From Spirochaetales bacterium Spiro_07 (GTDB taxonomy: Bacteria; Spirochaetota; Spirochaetia; Treponematales; Treponemataceae), in NCBI GenBank assembly GCA_001603145.1, contig LVBI01000014.1, positions 23,558-87,557 on the forward strand: a DNA stretch of 64,000 nt, read 5' to 3'. Within the stretch, counting starts at the first letter, position 1. Each line of letters opens with the position of its first letter. The position numbers and the translations under genes are program-made. A model generated the notes under the pieces. That model had not been told where the DNA came from and did not search any database. It saw only the letters and a program-made list of their open reading frames with translations. Positions 55,296 to 63,523 of this stretch are shown here, piece by piece.

Positions 55296-56240
55296 CTATT
55301 TGTTTTCTATAAAATCTTCCCACTGAAAAGCCGGAATTGTTTCAATGTTGCCGCTGTCGCGCCAAAGTCCGTTCAAGACTTTTCCAGGCCCAACTTCCAA
55401 AAATTTGAATTCATCTGAACTGCTCTTGCAGAAATCAGCAATTGCACTTTCTTCAGAAGTCCACAAAACAGGGTGTGTCAGATGCTTTATGCAGTTTACT
55501 TTTGCTTCTTCTGCGCTCTGAACCTGCTTGCCTGAAACATTCGAAAAAATCGGGAATTTCGGGTTGTTGAAATGCAACTCGTCAAGAACCTTTTCAAACT
55601 GGTCTGCCGCTCTCTGCATCAAAGGCGAATGGAAAGGGCCTGCAACTTTGAGCGGAATATAACGCTTTGCACCTGCTTCTTTAAGAGCTTCGCCGGCTTT
55701 TTCAAGTCCGTCTTTTGTGCCGGAAAGTACAGTCTGGCGCACGCTGTTAAGGTTAGCCGCAAAAACACCGTCTAAGCCTTTAACAGCTTCAATTACAGCT
55801 TCCGGAGTAAGACCGATACAAGCAGCCATGCCAGGCGCATTGCCCTGAGATTCAGCAGCAATGCCTTCGCATACAGCCTGCATGATTTCGCCGCGGCGTT
55901 TTACAGCATAAGCTGTTTCTTCAAAAGACAGAACGCCGGAAACGCAAAGTGCGCTCCATTCGCCCAAGCTGAAACCGGCAGCCACGGCTGGCTCTGCACC
56001 GAATTTCTTCAATATTTCAACAGCAGCAAGAGAAGCCGCCGTAATTGCAATCTGGCTGTTGTCGCTTCTTGCAAGCTCGGCTTCTGTAGAATTCCACAAA
56101 AGAGCAGGCACATCAATTCCGATAACCTTGCCGAACTTATCGAGAACAGCCTTGCCTTCTGCGTGTTTTTCGCATACAGCTTTCATCATTCCGGGTGTCT
56201 GTGCGCCCTGCCCCGGAAACGCAAAAATGTATTTTACCAT
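55296..56240 (-). CDS. fabD: Malonyl-CoA:ACP transacylase
   Basis: Start set at MVKYIFAFPGQGAQ with a GGGGAGG SD. Active-site motif GFSLGEWSA. Confidence 0.9.
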   Translation of the reverse strand: MVKYIFAFPGQGAQTPGMMKAVCEKHAEGKAVLDKFGKVIGIDVPALLWNSTEAELARSDNSQIAITAASLAAVEILKKFGAEPAVAAGFSLGEWSALCVSGVLSFEETAYAVKRRGEIMQAVCEGIAAESQGNAPGMAACIGLTPEAVIEAVKGLDGVFAANLNSVRQTVLSGTKDGLEKAGEALKEAGAKRYIPLKVAGPFHSPLMQRAADQFEKVLDELHFNNPKFPIFSNVSGKQVQSAEEAKVNCIKHLTHPVLWTSEESAIADFCKSSSDEFKFLEVGPGKVLNGLWRDSGNIETIPAFQWEDFIENK

Positions 56241-57190
56241 GTCAGTGAACATCCTCCCCAAGTCAATCCTGCGCCAAAACCGGCAAGCAGAATCTTCATG
56301 CCGTGTTTCAAAATTCCGCGTTCAGCCAAATCTACAAGCGAAATCGGAATAGAAGCACTTGATGTATTTGCATATTCTTCAAGTAATATAGGAAACTTTT
56401 CAATCGGATAATTGAGACGCTTTGCAGCGGCGCGTATGATGCGCTCGTTAGCCTGATGGCAGACAATCAAATCAACATCGTCAATCGTCAGTTTGTCTTT
56501 TTCCATCAATGTCTGAATTATTTCAACCATTTTGCCAACCGCAAAACTATAAACAGCGTGACCGTCCATGCGTATTTTAAGCTTTTCTGAATCAAGATAA
56601 AGCACGTCTGCGCCTTTGCCGTCCGCACCCAAAATGAAAGAGCCGAATGTATCTGCACCGTCGTCCGTCCTTTCAAGAACAACTGCACCGGCGCCGTCGC
56701 CAAAAAGAATGCATGAGCTGCGGTCGCTCCAGTCCACAATCTTTGAAAGCATTTCAGAGCCAACGATAAGCGCATGTTTCCAGTTCATCTGGTTGAGCAT
56801 AGAACGGCCAACCTGCATTGCATAGATAAAGCCCGAACAAGCAGCCGTCAAATCGAATACGGCAGCTTTAGACGCGCCAAGCCCTCTCTGAATAAGACAG
56901 GCGTTTGACGGAAAACTCCAATGCACAGCCGTAGCGGTTGAGCATACAATCAAGTCAATATCTTCAGCCTTAACAGAACAGCCGTTTGACTGCGCGTTCA
57001 GCAAAGCCTGCGCCGCGGCATTTGTACCGAGCGTAGCAGAATTTTCATCTTCAGAACAAACATAACGGTTGCCTATGCCCGTATGCGAACGAATCCATTC
57101 ATCAGATGTTTCAAGCTCTTTGGGCAGCTCGCTGTTCAAAACTTTTTTTCTTGGAAGAGCCTTGCCGGCTCCAACAATCTTTACAGCCAT
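56234..57190 (-). CDS. fabH: Beta-ketoacyl-ACP synthase III
   Basis: Start set at MAVKIVGAG. Motifs AACSGF, HQAN and GFGAGLTWG. Confidence 0.9.
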   Translation of the reverse strand: MAVKIVGAGKALPRKKVLNSELPKELETSDEWIRSHTGIGNRYVCSEDENSATLGTNAAAQALLNAQSNGCSVKAEDIDLIVCSTATAVHWSFPSNACLIQRGLGASKAAVFDLTAACSGFIYAMQVGRSMLNQMNWKHALIVGSEMLSKIVDWSDRSSCILFGDGAGAVVLERTDDGADTFGSFILGADGKGADVLYLDSEKLKIRMDGHAVYSFAVGKMVEIIQTLMEKDKLTIDDVDLIVCHQANERIIRAAAKRLNYPIEKFPILLEEYANTSSASIPISLVDLAERGILKHGMKILLAGFGAGLTWGGCSLTW

Positions 57191-57217
57191 ATTATCCCCA
57201 TATTTAGTAGCAAACAA

Positions 57218-57282
57218 ATTGACAATATCAAATATAATGTCATGAACGGCTTATGATGAACAAAATTGCAAAAATTGTCAAT
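57218..57282. promoter_or_regulatory. Inverted 9-mers ATTGACAAT / ATTGTCAAT in the fabH / ravA-like divergent region
   Basis: ATTGACAAT at 57218-57226 and its reverse complement at 57274-57282. Confidence 0.3.
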
Positions 57283-57398
57283 AACAATTAGTTAGATGAG
57301 CAAAGCTCATTAATTTTGCGAAAAGCCAATGATGACTTTTTGAAGCAAAACTGTCAACTCACATAAAAAACCATGCTAATATAAATAGTGGAGAAATT

Positions 57399-59537
57399 AT
57401 GGCAAATCAAATAACTAACGATGATATTAAATCAAAAATTAAAACGATTTTTGCTTATCTGAACCAAAATCTTTACGGCAAAGAAGAAGCCGTGAGGCTT
57501 GCGCTTTTAAGTGCCGTTGCTAATGAAAGCATTTTCTTTATGGGGCCGCCCGGAACAGCAAAAAGTATGATAAGCCGCCGCATTGCAGCCGCGTTCAGCG
57601 ATTTTTATAAAAAAGGCGAAGACGGCAAACTTAAGTTCACCACAGAGGACGGCGGCTATTTTGAATATCTGATGAACGAATTTTCTACGCCGGATGAAAT
57701 CTGCGGCCCGATTGACCTTTCTGCGCTTAATGAAAAGCCGAGCCGCTATGTGCGCCAGACAAAAGGCTATCTGCCGAGTGCAAACGTTGCCTTTCTTGAT
57801 GAAATCTGGAAGAGCGGTCCCGCAATTTTGAACACGCTGCTTACAATTATAAACGAAAAGAAATTCCACAACGGTAGCAAAGTTGAAAATGTGCCGCTTG
57901 TATCGCTTGCAGCGGCTAGTAACGAACTGCCCGAAAAAGACCGTGGACTTGAAGCCTTGTGGGACAGGTTCGTTCTGCGCGTGTTCGTAAATCCGGTTGA
58001 AACCGAAGATGACTTCTTCAAAGTTGTTGATGACGGAAACAAGGATTTTGCCCCGACTGCGGAACAGGCTGCATCTTTGCTTAAAATTGATGATGTAGCA
58101 AGCTGGCAGGCTGAAATCAACAAAGTTACGCTGAGCGACGAAGCAAAAGAAGTGATTTCTGCAATTAGAAAAGAGCTTGCACTTCTTAACACTGACGAAA
58201 ACCACAAAGATGACGAAGCATATTATGTTTCAGACCGCCGCTGGAAAAAGATTGTGCATATTCTAAAAACAAGCGCATTCTTGAACGGACGTAATGCTGT
58301 AGATTTAATGGACTGTTCTCTTATCGAATACGCAATCTGGAACACCGATAAGCAGCATGATGAAGTTGGCGGAATTATCGAAAAGATTTTGAAGCAGAAT
58401 GGAATAAGTTTTGATAATGACACGCAGAAAATTGAAGACGACATAAAGGCTTTTGATAAATACGTTGATAAACAGTTTTATATAAAATCCAACAATAAGC
58501 TCAAGAAAGATCCTAAGGTTTTTGATACACCAGATTTGCTTAAACTTCGTTCTAACAAAGCTGATTCTGAATGGTATGAACGGATTTCAACAGAAATAAA
58601 AGATTCCTTAAAAGAAATTGATGACTTTAAAACTGAACAGGAAAAGCCTTTTAAGCAGAATCATTTTTCGGCACAAAAGTATTGCGATGTAATTATGTCA
58701 ACCGTTAAAGCAGCCAGCGAACAGATAGAAAATTTGAAAGTTGAGCTTGATAAAGTTAAAGACAGATATTCTTCAGAAAAAAATGTTCCGCAGGCTTCTT
58801 CTGCAACAGAAAAAAAGCAGCCAAATTATTCAGCACCCAAAGCAAACCTTAGTACTGAAATGATTGCCGTGGACGGTGGCATATTTGAACGCGAGGGATA
58901 TGATATTACGGTAAGCAGTTTTGAAATCGGAAAATTCCCTGTTACACAAAAACTATATCAAAGCATAATGGGCAAAAATCCAAGCAACTTTAAAGGTGAA
59001 AATCGACCTGTGGAATGTGTAAGCTGGTTAGATGCCGTGGAATTTTGCAATGCTTTGAGCAAAAAAGATGGACTTTCTCCATGCTATTCTGGAAGAGGCT
59101 CAAGCATAAAGTGCAATTTCAATGCAAACGGCTACAGATTGCCAACCGAAGCGGAATGGGAGTTCGCAGCTCGTGGCGGCAATCAAAGCGACGGATACGA
59201 ATATTCTGGCAGTGATGACTTGGACGAAGTAGGCTGGTTTAAGTATAATTCAAGAAATGAAACACACGATGTAGGGCAGAAAAAACCGAATGAACTTGGC
59301 ATTTATGATATGAGCGGAAACGTATGGGAATGGTGTAACGATTGGTATGACGATTACGAGGAGGTCGACCAGATTAATCCGCTCGGTGCTTCTTCAGGGG
59401 ACTACCACGTCTTTCGTAGCGGTTCTTGGAGCAATATTGATGACATCTGTACTGTTTCTTGTCGGAACTACGACGATCCAGGCTACAGCGACGTCCATCT
59501 TGGTTTTCGGGTTGTGCGCTCCAGTTCTAAAAAATAG
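57399..59537 (+). CDS. RavA-like MoxR AAA+ ATPase fused to a C-terminal FGE-sulfatase (SUMF1-like) domain
   Basis: Walker A GPPGTAKS (57542-57565). Walker B and sensor AFLDEIWKSGPAILNTLLTIINEKKF and AASNELPE...ALWDRFVLRV. Coiled-coil middle region. From about 58860: FEIGKFPVTQKLY, ECVSWLDAVEFCNALS, GYRLPTEAEWEFAARGG, GNVWEWCNDWY, RSGSW and HLGFRVVR. Confidence 0.85.
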   Translation: MANQITNDDIKSKIKTIFAYLNQNLYGKEEAVRLALLSAVANESIFFMGPPGTAKSMISRRIAAAFSDFYKKGEDGKLKFTTEDGGYFEYLMNEFSTPDEICGPIDLSALNEKPSRYVRQTKGYLPSANVAFLDEIWKSGPAILNTLLTIINEKKFHNGSKVENVPLVSLAAASNELPEKDRGLEALWDRFVLRVFVNPVETEDDFFKVVDDGNKDFAPTAEQAASLLKIDDVASWQAEINKVTLSDEAKEVISAIRKELALLNTDENHKDDEAYYVSDRRWKKIVHILKTSAFLNGRNAVDLMDCSLIEYAIWNTDKQHDEVGGIIEKILKQNGISFDNDTQKIEDDIKAFDKYVDKQFYIKSNNKLKKDPKVFDTPDLLKLRSNKADSEWYERISTEIKDSLKEIDDFKTEQEKPFKQNHFSAQKYCDVIMSTVKAASEQIENLKVELDKVKDRYSSEKNVPQASSATEKKQPNYSAPKANLSTEMIAVDGGIFEREGYDITVSSFEIGKFPVTQKLYQSIMGKNPSNFKGENRPVECVSWLDAVEFCNALSKKDGLSPCYSGRGSSIKCNFNANGYRLPTEAEWEFAARGGNQSDGYEYSGSDDLDEVGWFKYNSRNETHDVGQKKPNELGIYDMSGNVWEWCNDWYDDYEEVDQINPLGASSGDYHVFRSGSWSNIDDICTVSCRNYDDPGYSDVHLGFRVVRSSSKK

Positions 59538-59552
59538 ATGGAATAAATATAC

Positions 59553-61562
59553 ATGAGCATTTCCGACAAATCACGCAGATTTTCTCTTTTGGCGTTAGAC
59601 GAGCTTGAAAAAATAATGCAAAAGTATCCGTCCATGCCAAAAATCAATTCATTGGGCGAAGAACAAATTTCATGGCTCAATGAACGCATACGCACTTTCC
59701 ATGAAAGCGTTGTAAAAACTAATTGCAAGCGTTTTTCATTCTTGGACGAAAGCAAAGTCGTGCGAAATGCGATTGCTCATAGCACGGCGGAAGTTTCTAA
59801 AGCAGAAATCGAAGAGAACTGGCAGAAGTTCTTTGGTTTTGCAGATAAGGCAAAGATTGAACTTGAAGCAAACATAAAAAGAAGTGATTCCAACCGCAAA
59901 GAAATCCGCAAGTTTGAAAAGTTCGGTTCTTCAAAGTTCGGCAATGAACTTGAACGCAAACAGCTTTCGCAGGCTCTTGCTGACGAAATGGATTCATCGC
60001 TTAAAGACAGCGAAAAACTTGATTTTGCAGAAACCCAATCTTCAAAAGAAGTTCAGAAATTTCTTAAAGCTGAGAATCCGTTGCAAAAATCGTTGCTTGA
60101 TTTTGCAAAAAAACATAACGAGCTTAATCAGCAGATTCAGTCAGAAATCCTTGAAACGCTTCAGACTGCTTATGATGAAACTGAAATTACAAATCCGGAG
60201 AATCCGTTTTATGCAGAAAATCTTTTTGTGCAAAACGCAAATCAGTTCACAGATGAAGATTTACTGAAAAATCTTGCAGAACATAAGGCAGAGCTTTGCA
60301 CTACCCCAACCGGCAATGACAATTCGGCAAACTTTGATTTTTATCAGAAAAAGTATGAAGAGATTCTGAGACAAGCTCAGAATGACAAGAATCCACGGGG
60401 TGACGCGGTGGTTGAGCGTAGTCGAAACCACGAATTTGAAATCCTTGCGCGAAACCTCAAGGCAGATTTGCAGAAATCTTTGACCGAACGTTACACCGCA
60501 TGGCAGCTCGAAGAAATCGACAAAAAACGGCGCGAATATCTTAAAGAGCTTTACAAAAAAATCGAGCAGTTCAAAAAGCTTGAAGAACTGCTTTCGCCTG
60601 TCATCAATAACTTTGGGCGTTTGTGGGATTTATCTAAAGGCAATTTCAACGATTACGGTTTTGAAATTCTTAAAGATTTTGCAGATATCCTTGAAAACGA
60701 CGAATCTTTGAAAGAACTTGCAAATTTAATCGGCCGGCAAGAAGCCGAAAAAGAAATCTACGAGAAAGAGCTGCGTGAAAAAGTTGTGCTAAAAACAGAA
60801 TATCACCCAAAGCCGGCGTACCGTGGTCAAATCAGCGGCTTGCGCTTAAGCGGCGAGATTACTTCTGCACTGCCAAGCGAGCTTGCAATGTCAAAGAACC
60901 CTGCGACACAGCGGTATTTTGCCCAAAAATTTGCAGAGAAAAAGCTGCTTTCGTATGCATACACAAACCGGCAGAAAACTTATCGCACTGAAACAACAAC
61001 AAAAGAAGTTGAGGTTGCTAAAAAAGAAACCGAACAGAAAGGGCCTGTCATAATCTGCGTAGACACAAGCGGCTCAATGCAGGGTACGCCGGAGCGTGTA
61101 GCTAAGACTATCACGTTCGCGCTTGCAAAAAAGTGCCTTGATGAAGACCGCAAATGCTTTTTGATTTCGTTTTCCACAGAAATAGAAGTGCAGGATTTAT
61201 CTGATTTTGAAAAGTCCAACGGTCTTGCGGAGCTTGTCGCGTTTTTGCGCATGTCGTTTAACGGCGACACAGATGCAAGCCCGGCGCTTGAAAAATCGCT
61301 GGAGCTTATGCAGACTAACAAATGGAAAAACGCTGACGTTCTTGCCGTTACAGACGGAGAAATGGGTGGCTTTTCAGCAAAACTCGTTTCTGATGTAAAT
61401 GCACATAAAGAAAAGAAGTCTAAATTCTATCTTTTGGAAGTAGGCTATTCTGGAAATCCAGAAGTTATAAAAGTGTTTGACGAGCACTGGCAGTATGACA
61501 CAAACGCAAGAGATTCAATGCGCCATCTTGTAAGACAGCTGCATGATTCTCAGTTCGTTTAA
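59553..61562 (+). CDS. ViaA-like vWA (MIDAS) protein with about 480-aa coiled-coil N-terminal region
   Basis: Starts 15 nt after the ATPase gene. MIDAS motif CVDTSGSM (DTSGS at 61062-61076), then FNGDTDASPAL and VTDGEMG. Confidence 0.8.
   Translation: MSISDKSRRFSLLALDELEKIMQKYPSMPKINSLGEEQISWLNERIRTFHESVVKTNCKRFSFLDESKVVRNAIAHSTAEVSKAEIEENWQKFFGFADKAKIELEANIKRSDSNRKEIRKFEKFGSSKFGNELERKQLSQALADEMDSSLKDSEKLDFAETQSSKEVQKFLKAENPLQKSLLDFAKKHNELNQQIQSEILETLQTAYDETEITNPENPFYAENLFVQNANQFTDEDLLKNLAEHKAELCTTPTGNDNSANFDFYQKKYEEILRQAQNDKNPRGDAVVERSRNHEFEILARNLKADLQKSLTERYTAWQLEEIDKKRREYLKELYKKIEQFKKLEELLSPVINNFGRLWDLSKGNFNDYGFEILKDFADILENDESLKELANLIGRQEAEKEIYEKELREKVVLKTEYHPKPAYRGQISGLRLSGEITSALPSELAMSKNPATQRYFAQKFAEKKLLSYAYTNRQKTYRTETTTKEVEVAKKETEQKGPVIICVDTSGSMQGTPERVAKTITFALAKKCLDEDRKCFLISFSTEIEVQDLSDFEKSNGLAELVAFLRMSFNGDTDASPALEKSLELMQTNKWKNADVLAVTDGEMGGFSAKLVSDVNAHKEKKSKFYLLEVGYSGNPEVIKVFDEHWQYDTNARDSMRHLVRQLHDSQFV
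60363..60432. repeat. REP-like composite hairpin element lying in frame inside the vWA gene
   Basis: ATTCTGAG acaag CTCAGAATGAC (family signature), followed by GTGGTT...AACCAC. The 66-nt core at 60366-60431 equals 22 codons and translates as LRQAQNDKNPRGDAVVERSRNH. Confidence 0.6.
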
Positions 61563-61756
61563 AATAAAAAAGGGAGACGAACGTATCCTCTCCCCCAAAC
61601 AGGCTCCCGCGATTCATGTTAAATATTCTAAGGCATCATGGCAAATGTCATATGTTTATGCAATTTTTCAAGAGATGTAGCAACAGCATCAAGCCCGTTC
61701 ATAGATCTACACCGTTTAAGAAATCAATGGCATTAGCTACTTTATATCATTATGCT

Positions 61757-61838
61757 AAATTGCCATGACTTTGTGCCAAAACCTGAGACTAATTGCCTTG
61801 ACTTTAGGTAATAAAAGCCATAAAATTGCATTGATTTT
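61757..61838 (+). promoter_or_regulatory. Three direct repeats AATTGCNNTGAYTTT at about 33-nt spacing, overlapping a TTGACT-17-TAAAAT promoter
   Basis: Copies at 61758-61772, 61791-61805 and 61824-61838. Candidate -35 at 61798-61803 and -10 at 61821-61826. Confidence 0.4.
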
Positions 61839-61862
61839 GTACTAAAGATAAAGGGAATAACC

Positions 61863-63209
61863 ATGACTTCAGGATTCAATAGGAAAATTCTTGAAAATTT
61901 AAGAAACTGGAAAACTTCTCCAAGCAGAAAACCTCTTGTTTTAAGAGGAGCCAGACAGGTTGGCAAAACAACAGTTATCAAGAAATTTGCTGAAGAATTT
62001 GACAGTTTCATATATTTAAATCTAGAAATTGCCGCTGATAGAAAACTTTTTGAAAATGAACTCGATGTGCATCAGCTTTTTCAGATGATTTGTCTTGAAA
62101 AAAATATTTCGCCAAAAGGTCAGATCCTTTTGTTCATTGATGAAATTCAAAACTCTCCAAATGCTGTAATGCAAATGAGGTATTTTTATGAAGATTTTCC
62201 GGAACTTTTTGTTATAAGCGCAGGTTCTCTTCTTGAAATCATGATGGACATGCATAAGATAAGCTTTCCTGTTGGCCGTGTGGAGTACCGCTATCTTTTC
62301 CCCATGACATTTGAAGAATTCCTGGAAGCCATGGATGAAACCATGTCATTGGAATATTTCCGGCAAATACCACCGCCTTCCTTTGCACATAAAAAGCTTA
62401 TGGAACTTTTCAGGCTCTATACATTTATTGGAGGTATGCCGGAAGCTGTTTCTAGATATAAAGAAACCAAAGATTTTGTACAGGTTGCGTCTGTTTACGA
62501 ATCTCTTTTTTCATCTTTTAAGGATGATGTTACAAAGTATGCCAAAAACTCTAACGAAACGAACATAATCCGGCATGTAATAGAGACAGCCCCTTTTGAA
62601 GCAGCAAAGCGAATCACATTTGAAAAATTTGGCAATTCAGGTTATAAATCCAAAGAAATTGGCAATGCACTTAGAATTTTAGAGCGTACCATGATTTTAT
62701 ACCTACGTTATCCTGTCACGTCTTTTTCGTTGCCTTTTTTGCCGGACTTAAAGCTTAAACCATATCTCCAGTTCTTAGATTCGGGACTTTTGAATCATGC
62801 ACTTGGAATTACAAGCTATTATTTTAAGAATGATTCTTTAAGTGAGCTTTACAATGGAAAACTTGCAGAACTTATTGTAGGGCAGGAACTTCTTGCAAAA
62901 TCATGCTTGAAATTAGAAAAACCGATTTTTTGGGTACGCGAAAAAAAGCAGTCCAACGCAGAGCTTGATTTTCTGACTGTAAAAGATGGAAATGTCATTC
63001 CTGTCGAAGTAAAGAGCGGCAAAACCGGAACATTGCGCTCTCTTCACTCTTATATAGAAAATTCAAATGCAAATTTTGCCTTACGGCTCTATAGCGGCGA
63101 GTATTCCGTAGAACATGCCGTTACTCCCGTACAAAAAAAGGAATACACCCTTATAAATCTTCCATTGTATCTAGCCTCCCGCATAGAAGATTTTGTAAGC
63201 ATCGAATGA
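61863..63209 (+). CDS. AAA ATPase of the AAA_14 / DUF4143 family
   Basis: Walker A LRGARQVGKTT, Walker B LLFIDEIQ. The C-terminal PD-(D/E)xK-like ELDFL...IPVEVKSG is typical of DUF4143 proteins. Confidence 0.8.
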   Translation: MTSGFNRKILENLRNWKTSPSRKPLVLRGARQVGKTTVIKKFAEEFDSFIYLNLEIAADRKLFENELDVHQLFQMICLEKNISPKGQILLFIDEIQNSPNAVMQMRYFYEDFPELFVISAGSLLEIMMDMHKISFPVGRVEYRYLFPMTFEEFLEAMDETMSLEYFRQIPPPSFAHKKLMELFRLYTFIGGMPEAVSRYKETKDFVQVASVYESLFSSFKDDVTKYAKNSNETNIIRHVIETAPFEAAKRITFEKFGNSGYKSKEIGNALRILERTMILYLRYPVTSFSLPFLPDLKLKPYLQFLDSGLLNHALGITSYYFKNDSLSELYNGKLAELIVGQELLAKSCLKLEKPIFWVREKKQSNAELDFLTVKDGNVIPVEVKSGKTGTLRSLHSYIENSNANFALRLYSGEYSVEHAVTPVQKKEYTLINLPLYLASRIEDFVSIE

Positions 63210-63267
63210 ACGAACCCCGACGCAGAGTGTGCGGGGTATCGTTCGTTCTGCTAAGGAATTGCACTCA

Positions 63268-63329
63268 GGTTTAATACCCTTTATTTCGCCCCAGAGGGGG
63301 ATGTTTCCTACGGAAACAGGTATTAAACC
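63268..63329. other. Compact predicted three-way-junction structure (unknown RNA or repeat element)
   Basis: P1 GGTTTAATAC (63268-63277) / GTATTAAACC (63320-63329) encloses CCCC-agag-GGGG (63289-63300) and GTTTCC-tac-GGAAAC (63303-63317). Confidence 0.3.
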
Positions 63330-63523
63330 CTCGGCACGAATAAAAAATTTAGAAGTTTGTTTCGTATCTTCCTTGTCCTGCTTTTGCCGCAAAAACAAAT
63401 CATTATTTCATAGACAAATAAGCTTGATTTTCGCTATAATCTAATCAGCGCGTTCGTTTTGCGCTTATCTGCGGAACAAAGCGGTGCTTTTCAGCCTGCT
63501 CTGCCGTCTATGAGGAACATTTA

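Noticed and set aside
63210-63523. T-box leader or tRNA-like element upstream of pheT
   Set aside because: There is no T-box sequence (AGGGUGGNACCGCG-like), no specifier-loop architecture, and no terminator/antiterminator pair adjacent to the start codon.
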